A stretch of 64,000 nucleotides of DNA, from positions 1-64,000 of the IMG/VR virus record IMGVR_UViG_3300037137_001673, one strand, 5' to 3'. Shown in pieces: positions 10,103 through 19,851 of the stretch; the stretch's first letter is position 1; each line of letters starts with the position of its first letter. The position numbers and the translations under genes were made by a program. This stretch comes from a virus. A model generated the notes under the pieces. The model did no database searches. It was not told the DNA's origin and saw nothing but the letters and a program-made list of their open reading frames with translations.

Positions 10103-11604
10103 TATGTAATTTTATCTTTGGGTGTCTTTATGTGAAGTTCCTTGTCCGATGTATAGTAAAAACCACTATATGAATTTTTATATTTTTGTGAAATTGTAAA
10201 AAGTATGTCATGTACTGCTCTAGCAATTTTATTTTTAGATTTATTAACTATTTGAATGAAGGCAGTTATATCTTCTACTGGAATATTTACATCCTCGATA
10301 AAAGTTGAAATACTTAAAGCAGCTAGTTTAATTTCTTCTGCTTTCATAGTTTTTTCTTCAACGGAGTCTAGATAATTTCCTGTACTGACAAGTAGATAAA
10401 GCATTACACCAGTTTTATCTTTAAGTGCTAGAATTTTTTCTCGCATTTTCTTATATTTAAAAATTATATCTTCTGGAATTATTCTGTTTTCTGCAAAATG
10501 AATATATCTGGTTATAATTTCTTTTACTATTCCTTTTCCATTAAGTCCAAATTCTGTAGTATGAAGAGCTAGAAATTCAATTTGATTTTCTGGACTTTGA
10601 AAGAAAATATCGAAACTTCGTTCTGTATTTCCAAAAACTTCTTTAGAGATTTGTTCGTATTCTTTCTTGTTCTCAAGTTTTTCAAATGCTTCAAGAGCAT
10701 CAAGTATCATATTGTCGCCAACTATAGTCCAAGACCTAGGAGAAGTAGTTCTTTCACTTCCTCCTTCATCTGGCCTAATTGTAACTGGAACTAGAAAGGG
10801 AGATTTATTTCCTTCCTCTAGCATTTTATCCATTACATAATACATGAGAATTGTTGGAACTCTATTTGAAAGAGTATATTGGTTTTCATCAAATGTAAAA
10901 TTATAAGTCTTTGAAGCAAAACTTCTCAACCAAGATTGTGCGTTATAGTCAAGAAATACAGTTCTGTGAAATCTCTCTGATGTTGCTGTATCCATTGAAT
11001 TAACTAAATTTAAGTTTTCAACTTGTTCTTGTGTTTTAAAATTTCCTGAGCCAATAATTAAAGTTCTTTCAGGTAGGCGATATTTTTCTGATTTACCAGT
11101 TTTCTCATTGAAATCTGCTGAACCACCTATTTCTCCAGTAAGAACTAAGTTCATTACTGCTGCCATTTTTTCGGAATCGGCTTTGTTGAATTCGTCGAGA
11201 TGTAGCACCCATACTCTATCGTCATCGCTAGGGGGAAGGATTGTTGGATGGGCGAGGCGTGTAACTTTCTTTCCGTTTCTCTTTTCAAGATATGGGAAAC
11301 CCTCAAACTCCTCGATTGGTATCTTTTGTATTTCGAGTTTATGATATATGCAATCCTCTTTTTCTGCTATTTCTTTACATATTTGAGTTTTTCCAACTCC
11401 TGTTGGACCGAAAATAAATATGCTATGGAAGTTTTCAAACTTTCTCTTGTTTTTGGTAAGTCTGATTAGGCGACTTATTTCATCCTGTAATTCTTCATAG
11501 GTAACTTCTACAGGTTTTAGGTTGAACTTTTTATCTTTGTTAAATTTGAACTTATTAAATCCAAAATTAATTTGTGTCTGAATGTCGTAAAGTGTATTAT
11601 CCAT
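10102..11604 (-). CDS. MoxR/dynein-related AAA+ ATPase
   Basis: GPTGVGKT, LHLDEFNKA, IIGSGN, SPRSW; adjacent to vWA partner. Confidence 0.88.
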   Translation of the reverse strand: MDNTLYDIQTQINFGFNKFKFNKDKKFNLKPVEVTYEELQDEISRLIRLTKNKRKFENFHSIFIFGPTGVGKTQICKEIAEKEDCIYHKLEIQKIPIEEFEGFPYLEKRNGKKVTRLAHPTILPPSDDDRVWVLHLDEFNKADSEKMAAVMNLVLTGEIGGSADFNEKTGKSEKYRLPERTLIIGSGNFKTQEQVENLNLVNSMDTATSERFHRTVFLDYNAQSWLRSFASKTYNFTFDENQYTLSNRVPTILMYYVMDKMLEEGNKSPFLVPVTIRPDEGGSERTTSPRSWTIVGDNMILDALEAFEKLENKKEYEQISKEVFGNTERSFDIFFQSPENQIEFLALHTTEFGLNGKGIVKEIITRYIHFAENRIIPEDIIFKYKKMREKILALKDKTGVMLYLLVSTGNYLDSVEEKTMKAEEIKLAALSISTFIEDVNIPVEDITAFIQIVNKSKNKIARAVHDILFTISQKYKNSYSGFYYTSDKELHIKTPKDKIT

Positions 11605-11620
11605 CAGTTTCTCTATTTTA

Positions 11621-11649
11621 ATTATATCAAAAAATTAGTTTCTTGTCAA
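11621..11649 (-). promoter_or_regulatory. Sigma70-type promoter for AAA/vWA operon
   Basis: TTGACA-17-TATAAT with TG extension. Confidence 0.85.
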
Positions 11650-12341
11650 ATATTTTCAATATCATTTATTTTCTTTTTAATTTCTCTTGCAAGAAATTTA
11701 TCTTTATGAGTTTTGCTTATTTTCTGCTTGGTTTCTATTGAACGAGGTTTACCTTTATGCGCTTCACTCATTTTCTGTTTTGTTTCTATTGAGTGATGTT
11801 TACCTTTCATGTTAGAGGGTTTTATTTTATGTGCTTCGCTCATTTTTTTTCTTGTTTCTTTTGAGACAAATTTTCCTTTTTCTGTTTTGCTTATTTTCTT
11901 TATGGTTTCTTCTGAAGGACGTTTTCCATAATTATGATTTTTTTCACCTTTAGCTGCTTCACTTAGTTTCTTTTTATGTCTTTCCGTAAATTGTTTTCCA
12001 AAATTATGATTTTTTTCACCTTCTGTTGCTTTACTTATTTTTTTTATAGTTTCTTCACAATGATGTTTATTTTTATGTCCACCGCTATCAAGATTATATC
12101 CATTAGGAGAAATAGAATTGTATTTTTGTATATATTCTCGTTCTAAATCATCTAATTTTTCTTCTGGTATGTCTTCTATTAAAATTTTTTTGAAATTATT
12201 AATTGAGTATTCTCTTAAAGCAACTCCAATCAAAGAATGAGAATTTTGATGTTGTTTAAATCTTGTTTTAAACAGTCTACAGGTTTGTCCTACATAACAT
12301 TTACCATCAATTTTGTTTTCTAATATGTAAATTGTTCCCAT
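11646..12341 (-). CDS. GIY-YIG homing endonuclease with NUMOD3 repeats
   Basis: MGTIYILENKIDGKCYVGQT, NGYN, HSxETKxKMSEAHKG repeats. Confidence 0.9.
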   Translation of the reverse strand: MGTIYILENKIDGKCYVGQTCRLFKTRFKQHQNSHSLIGVALREYSINNFKKILIEDIPEEKLDDLEREYIQKYNSISPNGYNLDSGGHKNKHHCEETIKKISKATEGEKNHNFGKQFTERHKKKLSEAAKGEKNHNYGKRPSEETIKKISKTEKGKFVSKETRKKMSEAHKIKPSNMKGKHHSIETKQKMSEAHKGKPRSIETKQKISKTHKDKFLAREIKKKINDIENI

Positions 12342-12595
12342 ACATTTTTACTTTTTTGTCAAATTTTTTAAAATCTTTTTCTTTTCCCAAGGGTCATAGT
12401 TGTAGACATCCTTATTTACAAATTCAACAATATATTTTAAGGATTTTATCATTATGTAACCCATACTTCCACCTTCATCTACATATTCGTGAATTTTTGG
12501 ATTAAAAACTTTAAATAAATGAGCGATTTGTTTTATTTTTATTCTCATTATTCTATATAATACCTATCTATTCATTTCTCGTCAAATTTTTTTTC

Positions 12596-12604
12596 GTAAA
12601 GATA
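12596..12604 (+). promoter_or_regulatory. Putative late promoter motif GTAAAGATA
   Basis: Recurrent motif; 5 nt before ATG 12610. Confidence 0.6.
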
Positions 12605-12609
12605 ATTTT

Positions 12610-12795
12610 ATGTATGAATTAATCCAAATACAACCCAATGATAAATTACGCAAATTTATAATTAAAAACGAAGATAGAACTTGTGAGCTTGAAATTTCTA
12701 GAAGAGGTTCTTTTAAAGGAATAATCGAAAAAATTTATTCTAATGGTAAATATGAAGTAAGACTTCTAGAGATGATACAAGAAAGTAGGGAATAA
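12610..12795 (+). CDS. Small hypothetical protein
   Basis: Follows late motif, abuts neck gene. Confidence 0.5.
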   Translation: MYELIQIQPNDKLRKFIIKNEDRTCELEISRRGSFKGIIEKIYSNGKYEVRLLEMIQESRE

Positions 12796-15246
12796 ATGCC
12801 AACTTTAAGCGAAAAATTTAATTATATAGAATATAGTGACGCAACAGATTTTACAAATACTTCTGATGGAAGAATTCAACTTAAGCAATACTCTGATGAT
12901 TTGATATTCTACGCTCCTTTTGATGCTGTTATGGACGCCAAGTATTCTACTGGAGACCCAACTGCTGTTACAAGTGGTACTATCTCTATCACTAATTTTG
13001 GCGTGTTTGCTCAATATGCTTATTTTCAGAATAGCGGTCTAGCTCGTTATGATACTACAAACTTTGATAGTTTAACAAATGAAGGAACTGTAAATTTTAG
13101 GTTTAGAACAGGGTTTAATAACGATTCGGGCCAGCAAGATTTTCTTGGAACAAGTGTAACTCCAGGTGATACCAGATACTATTTTAAATTTTATGTAGGT
13201 GGAACTTTTACTGGAGCAGATAGTCAATGGGTTAGTTTAGTTCCAGGCGATACTATGGGTTCTATTAAAAATAAAATTTATGTAAAAGTAAATCCTTATA
13301 ATGCTGTTACTACACTATTACAAAATAATCAAATTAGAACAGTTGCTACAAATAATGGTGATAGTGTATTTTATTTACCTTCTACAGCAACTAATGATTT
13401 AATTGCTTTACTTGGAGGATTAGGCACTTCTGTTATACCAAATAGTCCTACTGCCACTTCTGTTGATTTTATGCAGTTCTATAATGGATTAAATAATAAC
13501 AGCAGAATAATTTTAACTCATACTGGTGATAGCTCCCATTTACAATTAAAAATGTATAGTTCTACTGGAACACTAGTTGTTGATGAAGATTTTGGAATTT
13601 GGTCCAATCACTATAATCAATGGTATGATTTTGAACTTGCTTGGAATTCTTCTATAGTACAACTTTTTATTGATGGAGTTTTATTTGGTGTAGCAATGAC
13701 TGGCTTTGCTAGAGGAAGTGGTAACTATCTTTATTTACAAACTAATGCAACTGATTTCTATAGATTTGATGAATTCATAGTTTATGATGTTCAAAAACAT
13801 TCTGGTACTTTTGTAGTTCCAACTCTTGCTCTTTCTGCCTATTCAACAGATAATCCTTACCTTGATATACATCTTGGTAAAAGCCCAAAACTTACAGAAG
13901 TTCAGGATTTAAATTTAATATGTTCTACTGGTTGTTATTTTGTGGTAGAAATTGGTGACGCTTGGTATTATTATATTGGTGGATCTTGGCAAGTATCTGA
14001 TGCTACTTTTGCGCAAAGTTCAACTCCAGATTTAATGGAAACAAAATTTACCAGTCTTCTATTTAATGAAAATTTAGATCTTACTATTAGGGTAATTTTT
14101 CACTCTGATGGAGTAGCAAATGTTTGGTTAAGTGAAATAGAAATTGTTACACTTCAAGGAACTTCTGTTCAAGCGGTAGTAACTGGATTTGTAAGTTTAT
14201 TGAGCCCTACAGATTTATCTACCAATTACAATATTTTACTATCGACTAATTTAGGTTCATCAACAGTTAATTGTTCTACTGGAGCTGGAAATGTAACTGC
14301 TGTAACTTTAAGTGAAATTAAAGCAGCAATTTTAGGTTCCTCAGTTCTGGGACTGGCAATTCCATCAGATGATGGGCTAGGACATTTAGTTTTAAAAACT
14401 TCTACTTATGGAGATAGTGCTTGGATTAGTGTAACAAATGCTGGAACTTTTGATGCACTTTCAATTATTTTTGGAGGAACTGCTTCTGCTATTGGAGTTA
14501 CTCCACAGGGTTCAAGTATTGATTATTCAGAACTTTTTAGATATGTGCGCTCAAAATTAGGAGAACCAACGCTTCCAGTAGAACTTACAGACGAACAACT
14601 TATGGATTGCCTAGCAGACGCTACATTCCACTACAACAGGTGGAGAAACTTCAAGGAAGAGTTAATTTACACAAGCCTATCTGGTGATGCCAAAAATGGT
14701 TACTTAATTCCTCCAGTTGTTGGTGGTGCAGATAATATACTAGAGATAATAGTAGCATCTCGCTATCCATATTCATTCTATGCTGGTAAGTCTGATGATA
14801 TAATTGGAAATCTTTATGTTCAGTCTATATTTCATAAATGGAAAAGCGCTGGTTTATTGTCCGATATATTATCTGATTATTATATGGTGATAAGTACAGC
14901 GGAAGACATAAACATAATTCTTGGAACTCAAGTTAAGTGGGAAATTATGAATGGTAGATTATTCATAACTCCTCCACCTAATTCTATGAATATAGGAATA
15001 AAATATAGAGGTGCTTTATCACCACAAGAAGTTGTTACTAATTACTGGGTGAGGAGAATGGTACTTGCTGAGGCAAAAGTAGTTCTGGGAAATATAAGAG
15101 ATACTTTCAAAAGTGGTATACCGGGAGGCACTGAGATGATAATGCTCCGTGGCGCTGAACTCATAGCAGAAGGCAAAGAAGAAAAAGATGCATTAATAGA
15201 AGAAATGAAAAAGTCCAGCGAACCGCTACTGTTTGATTGGTTTTAG
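12796..15246 (+). CDS. gp13: Neck protein (gp13-like C-terminus) fused to ~575-aa N-terminal LamG/beta-sandwich extension
   Basis: C-terminal LFRYVRSKLGEPTLPVELTDEQLMDCLADA and AKVVLG...PGG motifs; LamG-like WYDFELAWN...LFIDG...FDEFIVYD. Confidence 0.78.
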   Translation: MPTLSEKFNYIEYSDATDFTNTSDGRIQLKQYSDDLIFYAPFDAVMDAKYSTGDPTAVTSGTISITNFGVFAQYAYFQNSGLARYDTTNFDSLTNEGTVNFRFRTGFNNDSGQQDFLGTSVTPGDTRYYFKFYVGGTFTGADSQWVSLVPGDTMGSIKNKIYVKVNPYNAVTTLLQNNQIRTVATNNGDSVFYLPSTATNDLIALLGGLGTSVIPNSPTATSVDFMQFYNGLNNNSRIILTHTGDSSHLQLKMYSSTGTLVVDEDFGIWSNHYNQWYDFELAWNSSIVQLFIDGVLFGVAMTGFARGSGNYLYLQTNATDFYRFDEFIVYDVQKHSGTFVVPTLALSAYSTDNPYLDIHLGKSPKLTEVQDLNLICSTGCYFVVEIGDAWYYYIGGSWQVSDATFAQSSTPDLMETKFTSLLFNENLDLTIRVIFHSDGVANVWLSEIEIVTLQGTSVQAVVTGFVSLLSPTDLSTNYNILLSTNLGSSTVNCSTGAGNVTAVTLSEIKAAILGSSVLGLAIPSDDGLGHLVLKTSTYGDSAWISVTNAGTFDALSIIFGGTASAIGVTPQGSSIDYSELFRYVRSKLGEPTLPVELTDEQLMDCLADATFHYNRWRNFKEELIYTSLSGDAKNGYLIPPVVGGADNILEIIVASRYPYSFYAGKSDDIIGNLYVQSIFHKWKSAGLLSDILSDYYMVISTAEDINIILGTQVKWEIMNGRLFITPPPNSMNIGIKYRGALSPQEVVTNYWVRRMVLAEAKVVLGNIRDTFKSGIPGGTEMIMLRGAELIAEGKEEKDALIEEMKKSSEPLLFDWF

Positions 15247-15276
15247 AGTTATTAGAGATTTTGTAAAGTTATTTAT

Positions 15277-16644
15277 ATGAATAAAAATGTTTTGGAGTAT
15301 ATAAAAAAAGCAAAAGAACAAAATTTTAGCGAAAGAAGTTTAATTAATGTTTTTGATGAAACTTGGAATAATTCTAGATCTGGAATTTCTATAGTAGCAG
15401 GTTCAACAGAAGTTATTAAGTATTTAAAAAGAAGGGGAATTTCTAATTTTTTAATTAAAAGTGCCTTAATTAAAAGTGACATTATGTTTAATTTATATGA
15501 AAGAGAAAAAGAAGAAATTTTATTTTTATTACCAACTGGAATAAAAGAAACAGAAAAAGAAATAAAAAATATGAAATCCGGAAGTAAAAAGTTAGAAAAT
15601 AAACCTTTAAAGTTAAAAGAATGGATAAGTGAAACTACAGAATATGAATATTTAGTTGATGCGCTAGGTCATAAAAAAAAGCTAGATTTTAATTCTCATT
15701 ACAAAAATTTTGCTAATGATAGAGCAATACCTTTAAATATTTTTATAGAAAAATCTTTATGGGAAAATTTAGATGAACACGAAGCAATAAATATTTTAAT
15801 TCAAGCAAAAAAGTGGCAATCTTTAATGTGGATTTTAGAAAAAGATTCTGGCTGGCAATTAGATAAAAATGATGAAGATAAAGTATTTAATTATTTAGCA
15901 GCAGAACCAAATTTTCATAAAGTTGGCTGGGGAGCATCTGAAATAGTTAAAGAAAGAATTAAAAATAGAGCAATGAATAGTCAGTCCCAGAAATTACAAA
16001 ATAAACCCTTAAAATTAGAAGGTAAAGTTAAACATATGAATGACTTAAGAAACTATTTAGACGATAAAGAAGAAGAACTACTAGACAAAGAACTTAAAGA
16101 AGATGTTTTTGGAGTAATAGGTTCTGCGCTAGGATATACAATTGGAGCAGCAGCGCTAGCTTTTGGTGGTACTCTTTTAATTATAGCTGGGAAGAAATAT
16201 GTCTTAAAAATGAGAGATTTATGGCAGAAAATTTTTAGCAGAAAAAAGAAACCAAATGTAGAAAGTAAAACTGCCGAACAAGTAATGCATGAGATTGAAA
16301 CAGATGCGAAAGTAAAATCAGAAAAAGCAAAAATTGAGGCTAAAAAAAGGGCTTATGAAGATAAACTACATGAAGTTTATTTAGCAATAGAGAATAAAGA
16401 TTTTAACAAAGCAAAAGAAGAGTTCTACCAAGTAGATAGAAATTTACAAAATAGTCCAGATGTTCATAAAGCAATAATTTTTGAAGTAACTAAAGTGTTA
16501 AAAGAACCACCACTTTATGTAAAATCACCCGGAAATACTTCTTATCAAGCAATTAAAAAATTATTAAATATAAGAGTGGCTAGAGCAGCAGCTTCAGCAG
16601 TGCAGCAAAGTTTAGTATCGGCTAGTGGTGGAGAAATTGAATAA
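15277..16644 (+). CDS. Hypothetical protein, possibly internal virion protein
   Basis: Late motif 5 nt upstream; duplicated KLxNKPLKL; one hydrophobic segment. Confidence 0.55.
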   Translation: MNKNVLEYIKKAKEQNFSERSLINVFDETWNNSRSGISIVAGSTEVIKYLKRRGISNFLIKSALIKSDIMFNLYEREKEEILFLLPTGIKETEKEIKNMKSGSKKLENKPLKLKEWISETTEYEYLVDALGHKKKLDFNSHYKNFANDRAIPLNIFIEKSLWENLDEHEAINILIQAKKWQSLMWILEKDSGWQLDKNDEDKVFNYLAAEPNFHKVGWGASEIVKERIKNRAMNSQSQKLQNKPLKLEGKVKHMNDLRNYLDDKEEELLDKELKEDVFGVIGSALGYTIGAAALAFGGTLLIIAGKKYVLKMRDLWQKIFSRKKKPNVESKTAEQVMHEIETDAKVKSEKAKIEAKKRAYEDKLHEVYLAIENKDFNKAKEEFYQVDRNLQNSPDVHKAIIFEVTKVLKEPPLYVKSPGNTSYQAIKKLLNIRVARAAASAVQQSLVSASGGEIE

Positions 16645-16719
16645 TGATAAAGGGAACTTGTAAAGATAAATTTTGAGTTTATGTAAAGATAAAGTAGAAT
16701 TTATTTATAGGAGAATAGT

Positions 16720-17184
16720 ATGGCTCTAACAGTTAACAATAAGGCAGATCGTGAAATTCTTTATAGATTGCTAGGAACAGCACAGGATGGAAGCTGGCAG
16801 GGTAAACCTGGGGATACAATGAAGTTGTGTCTCTATAAAGGTGGAAGAGCAATTGGTGTTGGAGATAGTAAGTATGGTCTCATAGAAAGTTCAGGATCTG
16901 GATATGCAAAAATTATTCTTGCTCCTAACTCTTGGGTAATTTCTACTACACTTCCCGCCAATGGTGATACTAATATGGCATCTTACGCCCAGCAGACATT
17001 CACCTACACTGGCGCTGACTCTGTTGCGGGATACTATATGTCAACTATGAGAATGCGTGGATCACTTACATCAGCAACTTCCGATAGCACAATTATGTGG
17101 AGGGAAGCATTCACAGATGGTCCATACATCATACCAGCTGGCGGTGGTACTATAAAAATTACTCCTCGCCTGATAATGAGGTAG
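16720..17184 (+). CDS. Small virion beta-sandwich/fibre subunit
   Basis: AGGAG SD; E-x-SGSGYAKI, ASYAQQTF, DGPYIIPAGGGTIKITPR. Confidence 0.6.
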   Translation: MALTVNNKADREILYRLLGTAQDGSWQGKPGDTMKLCLYKGGRAIGVGDSKYGLIESSGSGYAKIILAPNSWVISTTLPANGDTNMASYAQQTFTYTGADSVAGYYMSTMRMRGSLTSATSDSTIMWREAFTDGPYIIPAGGGTIKITPRLIMR

Positions 17185-17269
17185 TCTACGCCAACACCCA
17201 AACGATTTTTTTGAGGTTTAAGTCCATTTTTGCTTGACAAAAATGGACTTTTTTATTATTATAGTCACA

Positions 17270-17982
17270 TGGGTACAATATATATTATAGAAAATAAAAT
17301 TAATGGAATGTGTTATGTGGGACAAACTACACAATCTTTTAATGATAGATTTAGGCAGCATAATCAATCGCATTCTTATATTGGAAATGCTTTACGCAAA
17401 CATGGAGTTGCTAATTTTAATAGGATATTACTAGAAAATATATCAGAAGATAAAATGGATGAAGTAGAAAAAGAATGTATTGTAAAATACAACGCTATTT
17501 ATCCTAATGGATATAATTTACAAGATGGTGGGTGTGGTAATAAGCATCAGCATCCAGAAACTAAACAAAAATTAAGTAAAATACAAGAAGGTAAAATGGT
17601 TGGTGAACTTAATCCCTTCTTCGGTAAGCATCACACTGATGAAAGTAACATGAAAAATGCTGCTGCACATACTGGTAAGATTGGTGGTATGAATGGAATT
17701 GCCCAAACTGATGAAGCTAGGCATCTTATGTCTATTGCTAAAAAAGGTAATACTTATAGGCGTGGTTCTCATCATACTGAAGAAGCAAAAGAGAAAAATC
17801 GTTTGGCTCATCTAGGTGTCATTCCTGTAAATAAAGGAATTCGTGTTCCACATTTGTGTCCAGTTTGTAAAAATCCAGTAAAAGAGAAATATGGTTTAAG
17901 GGGTGAGTTTCAAGGTTATCAAAAATCTTGTGGAAATTTTAATTATATAAAAAGTTTAAGAAAAGTTAAATTATTGGTTTAA
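17270..17982 (+). CDS. GIY-YIG homing endonuclease with NUMOD3 and C-terminal CxxC motif
   Basis: MGTIYIIENKINGMCYVGQT (start approximate; ORF track starts 17230); GKHHTDES repeats; CPVC...CGN. Confidence 0.88.
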
Positions 17983-18002
17983 GTATTATTTTTTTCATTA
18001 TT

Positions 18003-18035
18003 AAGAGCAATCATAATTGATTGCTCTTTTTTTTT
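18003..18035 (+). terminator. Intrinsic terminator (identical copy at 24879)
   Basis: AAGAGCAATC-ATAATT-GATTGCTCTT plus T-run. Confidence 0.85.
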
Positions 18036-18185
18036 CTGTAAAGTTAATTTTGAGGTTTTAATGAAATTATTTTATTTGGCATTACTAATTAATGAATTCT
18101 TTTAAGCAGGATTTAGATATGCCATGGTCGGTAATCAAGTTGCTTGAACATCACCGCAGCCCGAGATATGGATAGAGGAGAATAA

Positions 18186-18386
18186 ATGACAAAACCTGAG
18201 GCGATTACTTTTCTTAATACTATAACACCAACAACGGTGAGTATGGTAACTATTGATGCCGTGAAGTGGGCAGATTTCAAAACTACAGTGTTAGCGATAT
18301 TGGCCGATAACTCTTCTGATCCGAAATGGAAGGCGGCTGTTCTTGCTATGGATGCCATTGATAACGCTGCCGTAAAGTCAACGTAG
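18186..18386 (+). CDS. Small hypothetical protein at start of GC-rich cassette
   Basis: GAGGAG SD. Confidence 0.6.
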   Translation: MTKPEAITFLNTITPTTVSMVTIDAVKWADFKTTVLAILADNSSDPKWKAAVLAMDAIDNAAVKST

Positions 18387-18396
18387 GTACAGGTAG

Positions 18397-19845
18397 ATGA
18401 CTTACTATTGGGTTGCAGAACGCTATACGGGGGGGACAAAGAACGGAGGAGAATCTACCCCTTGGAATAATTGGGCTGGTATAAACTGGACTACTATTTC
18501 AACCGCACTCAGCTCGGACAGTGTAACAATTTATTTTGATTCTCGCGGGGATTGGTCAGCGCAAGGTTCTGTGGCCGTCGGGTCTTCGGGTAATGCGAGT
18601 TATCGCCTCTACCTTTTGGGGGATGCGAAGTATTGCACAGGTACCTCTACTGTCACATGGTTCACTGAGGATTCTCCAGGGGTTGGAAATACAGGAAACC
18701 GTGCGCTGTTTGGAGATACAATTTACACTGGGACTAACCGTGCTTACGTTACCATTAAGGGCTTTCATATCCAGACGCCTTCATACACTGGGGTAGGAGA
18801 CAATGGAGGTTCATCAGAAGTCAATACCTACATAACGGTTGATAATTGCTATGTGGAGGGACCGACAGGAGCAAGCCAACCGGGTATTAATTTCTCGCGC
18901 TTATCTACTGGGAGCCACGACATCATCGTTAGGTATTGCTATGTCTGGAAGTCAACAGCGGAAGCAGTATATATTGGGCACTCTTCAGAGATGGATAACT
19001 ATCTAACGGGAGTGATTGTCGAGTATAACACACTGGTAGATTGTGGGACTAGTGGCGAAGGTGACATAGACATCAAGCCAAATGTCGAAGCCCCCATCAT
19101 CCGATACAACACCCACTATGATACTTCTCTCGCCGCTGCTTCTTGTGGTGTAGCTTGCTATGCTGATAAGGCCGAGATATACGGCAATAAGTTCTATACA
19201 TTAAAAACGAAAGGCTCCGAGTGGGGTTGGGGCATCATGCTCACCAACTATGGTTCGGATGGGGGGACACGGAAAGTAATCACATCGTGTTTGATCTATA
19301 ACAATTTAATCTATTCAAATGAACTGGATGGGATTAAAATTGACGCTACGGGTGCTGGGGCTAACATGACCGGCATCAAGATCAATAGCAACGTTATAGC
19401 ATCGAATGCCAGATATGGAATTAGCACTGCTGTAGTTTCGACTATTACGATATCCGAGATGAAAAATAACATATTCTATAGCAATGTGAATTACGATGTT
19501 CAGTTTGTAAGTAGCGTGGTGATAACTTCGGCGAATAACAACTGCTGGTATCGCCCGAGTGGTAATAGTTGGTATTACCAAGGAGCAGCGCATACGTGGG
19601 CGGAATGGCAGGGGCATGGGTTTGATGCGGCGGGTGTGAACTCTGATCCACTATTTACCAATCCAGGCTCAGGTGTTTACACGTTGCAAGCGGGTTCTCC
19701 TGGATTAAATACAGGTGCCACTTTGGGATCACCATTCAATATAGACATTCTTGAAGTAGCGAGGCCCCAAGGAGCAGCATATGATATGGGGGCTTATGAA
19801 GCAGTATCGGGTAGCGGGACTAAATTCGTGATGGTGTTGAGGTAA
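18397..19845 (+). CDS. Right-handed beta-helix (pectin-lyase fold) protein with choice-of-anchor Q C-terminus
   Basis: IYGNKFY/IYNNLIYSN/KNNIF repeats; LQAGSPGLNTG...RPQGAAYDMGAYE; raised GC. Confidence 0.8.
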   Translation: MTYYWVAERYTGGTKNGGESTPWNNWAGINWTTISTALSSDSVTIYFDSRGDWSAQGSVAVGSSGNASYRLYLLGDAKYCTGTSTVTWFTEDSPGVGNTGNRALFGDTIYTGTNRAYVTIKGFHIQTPSYTGVGDNGGSSEVNTYITVDNCYVEGPTGASQPGINFSRLSTGSHDIIVRYCYVWKSTAEAVYIGHSSEMDNYLTGVIVEYNTLVDCGTSGEGDIDIKPNVEAPIIRYNTHYDTSLAAASCGVACYADKAEIYGNKFYTLKTKGSEWGWGIMLTNYGSDGGTRKVITSCLIYNNLIYSNELDGIKIDATGAGANMTGIKINSNVIASNARYGISTAVVSTITISEMKNNIFYSNVNYDVQFVSSVVITSANNNCWYRPSGNSWYYQGAAHTWAEWQGHGFDAAGVNSDPLFTNPGSGVYTLQAGSPGLNTGATLGSPFNIDILEVARPQGAAYDMGAYEAVSGSGTKFVMVLR

Positions 19846-19851
19846 TCAAAT

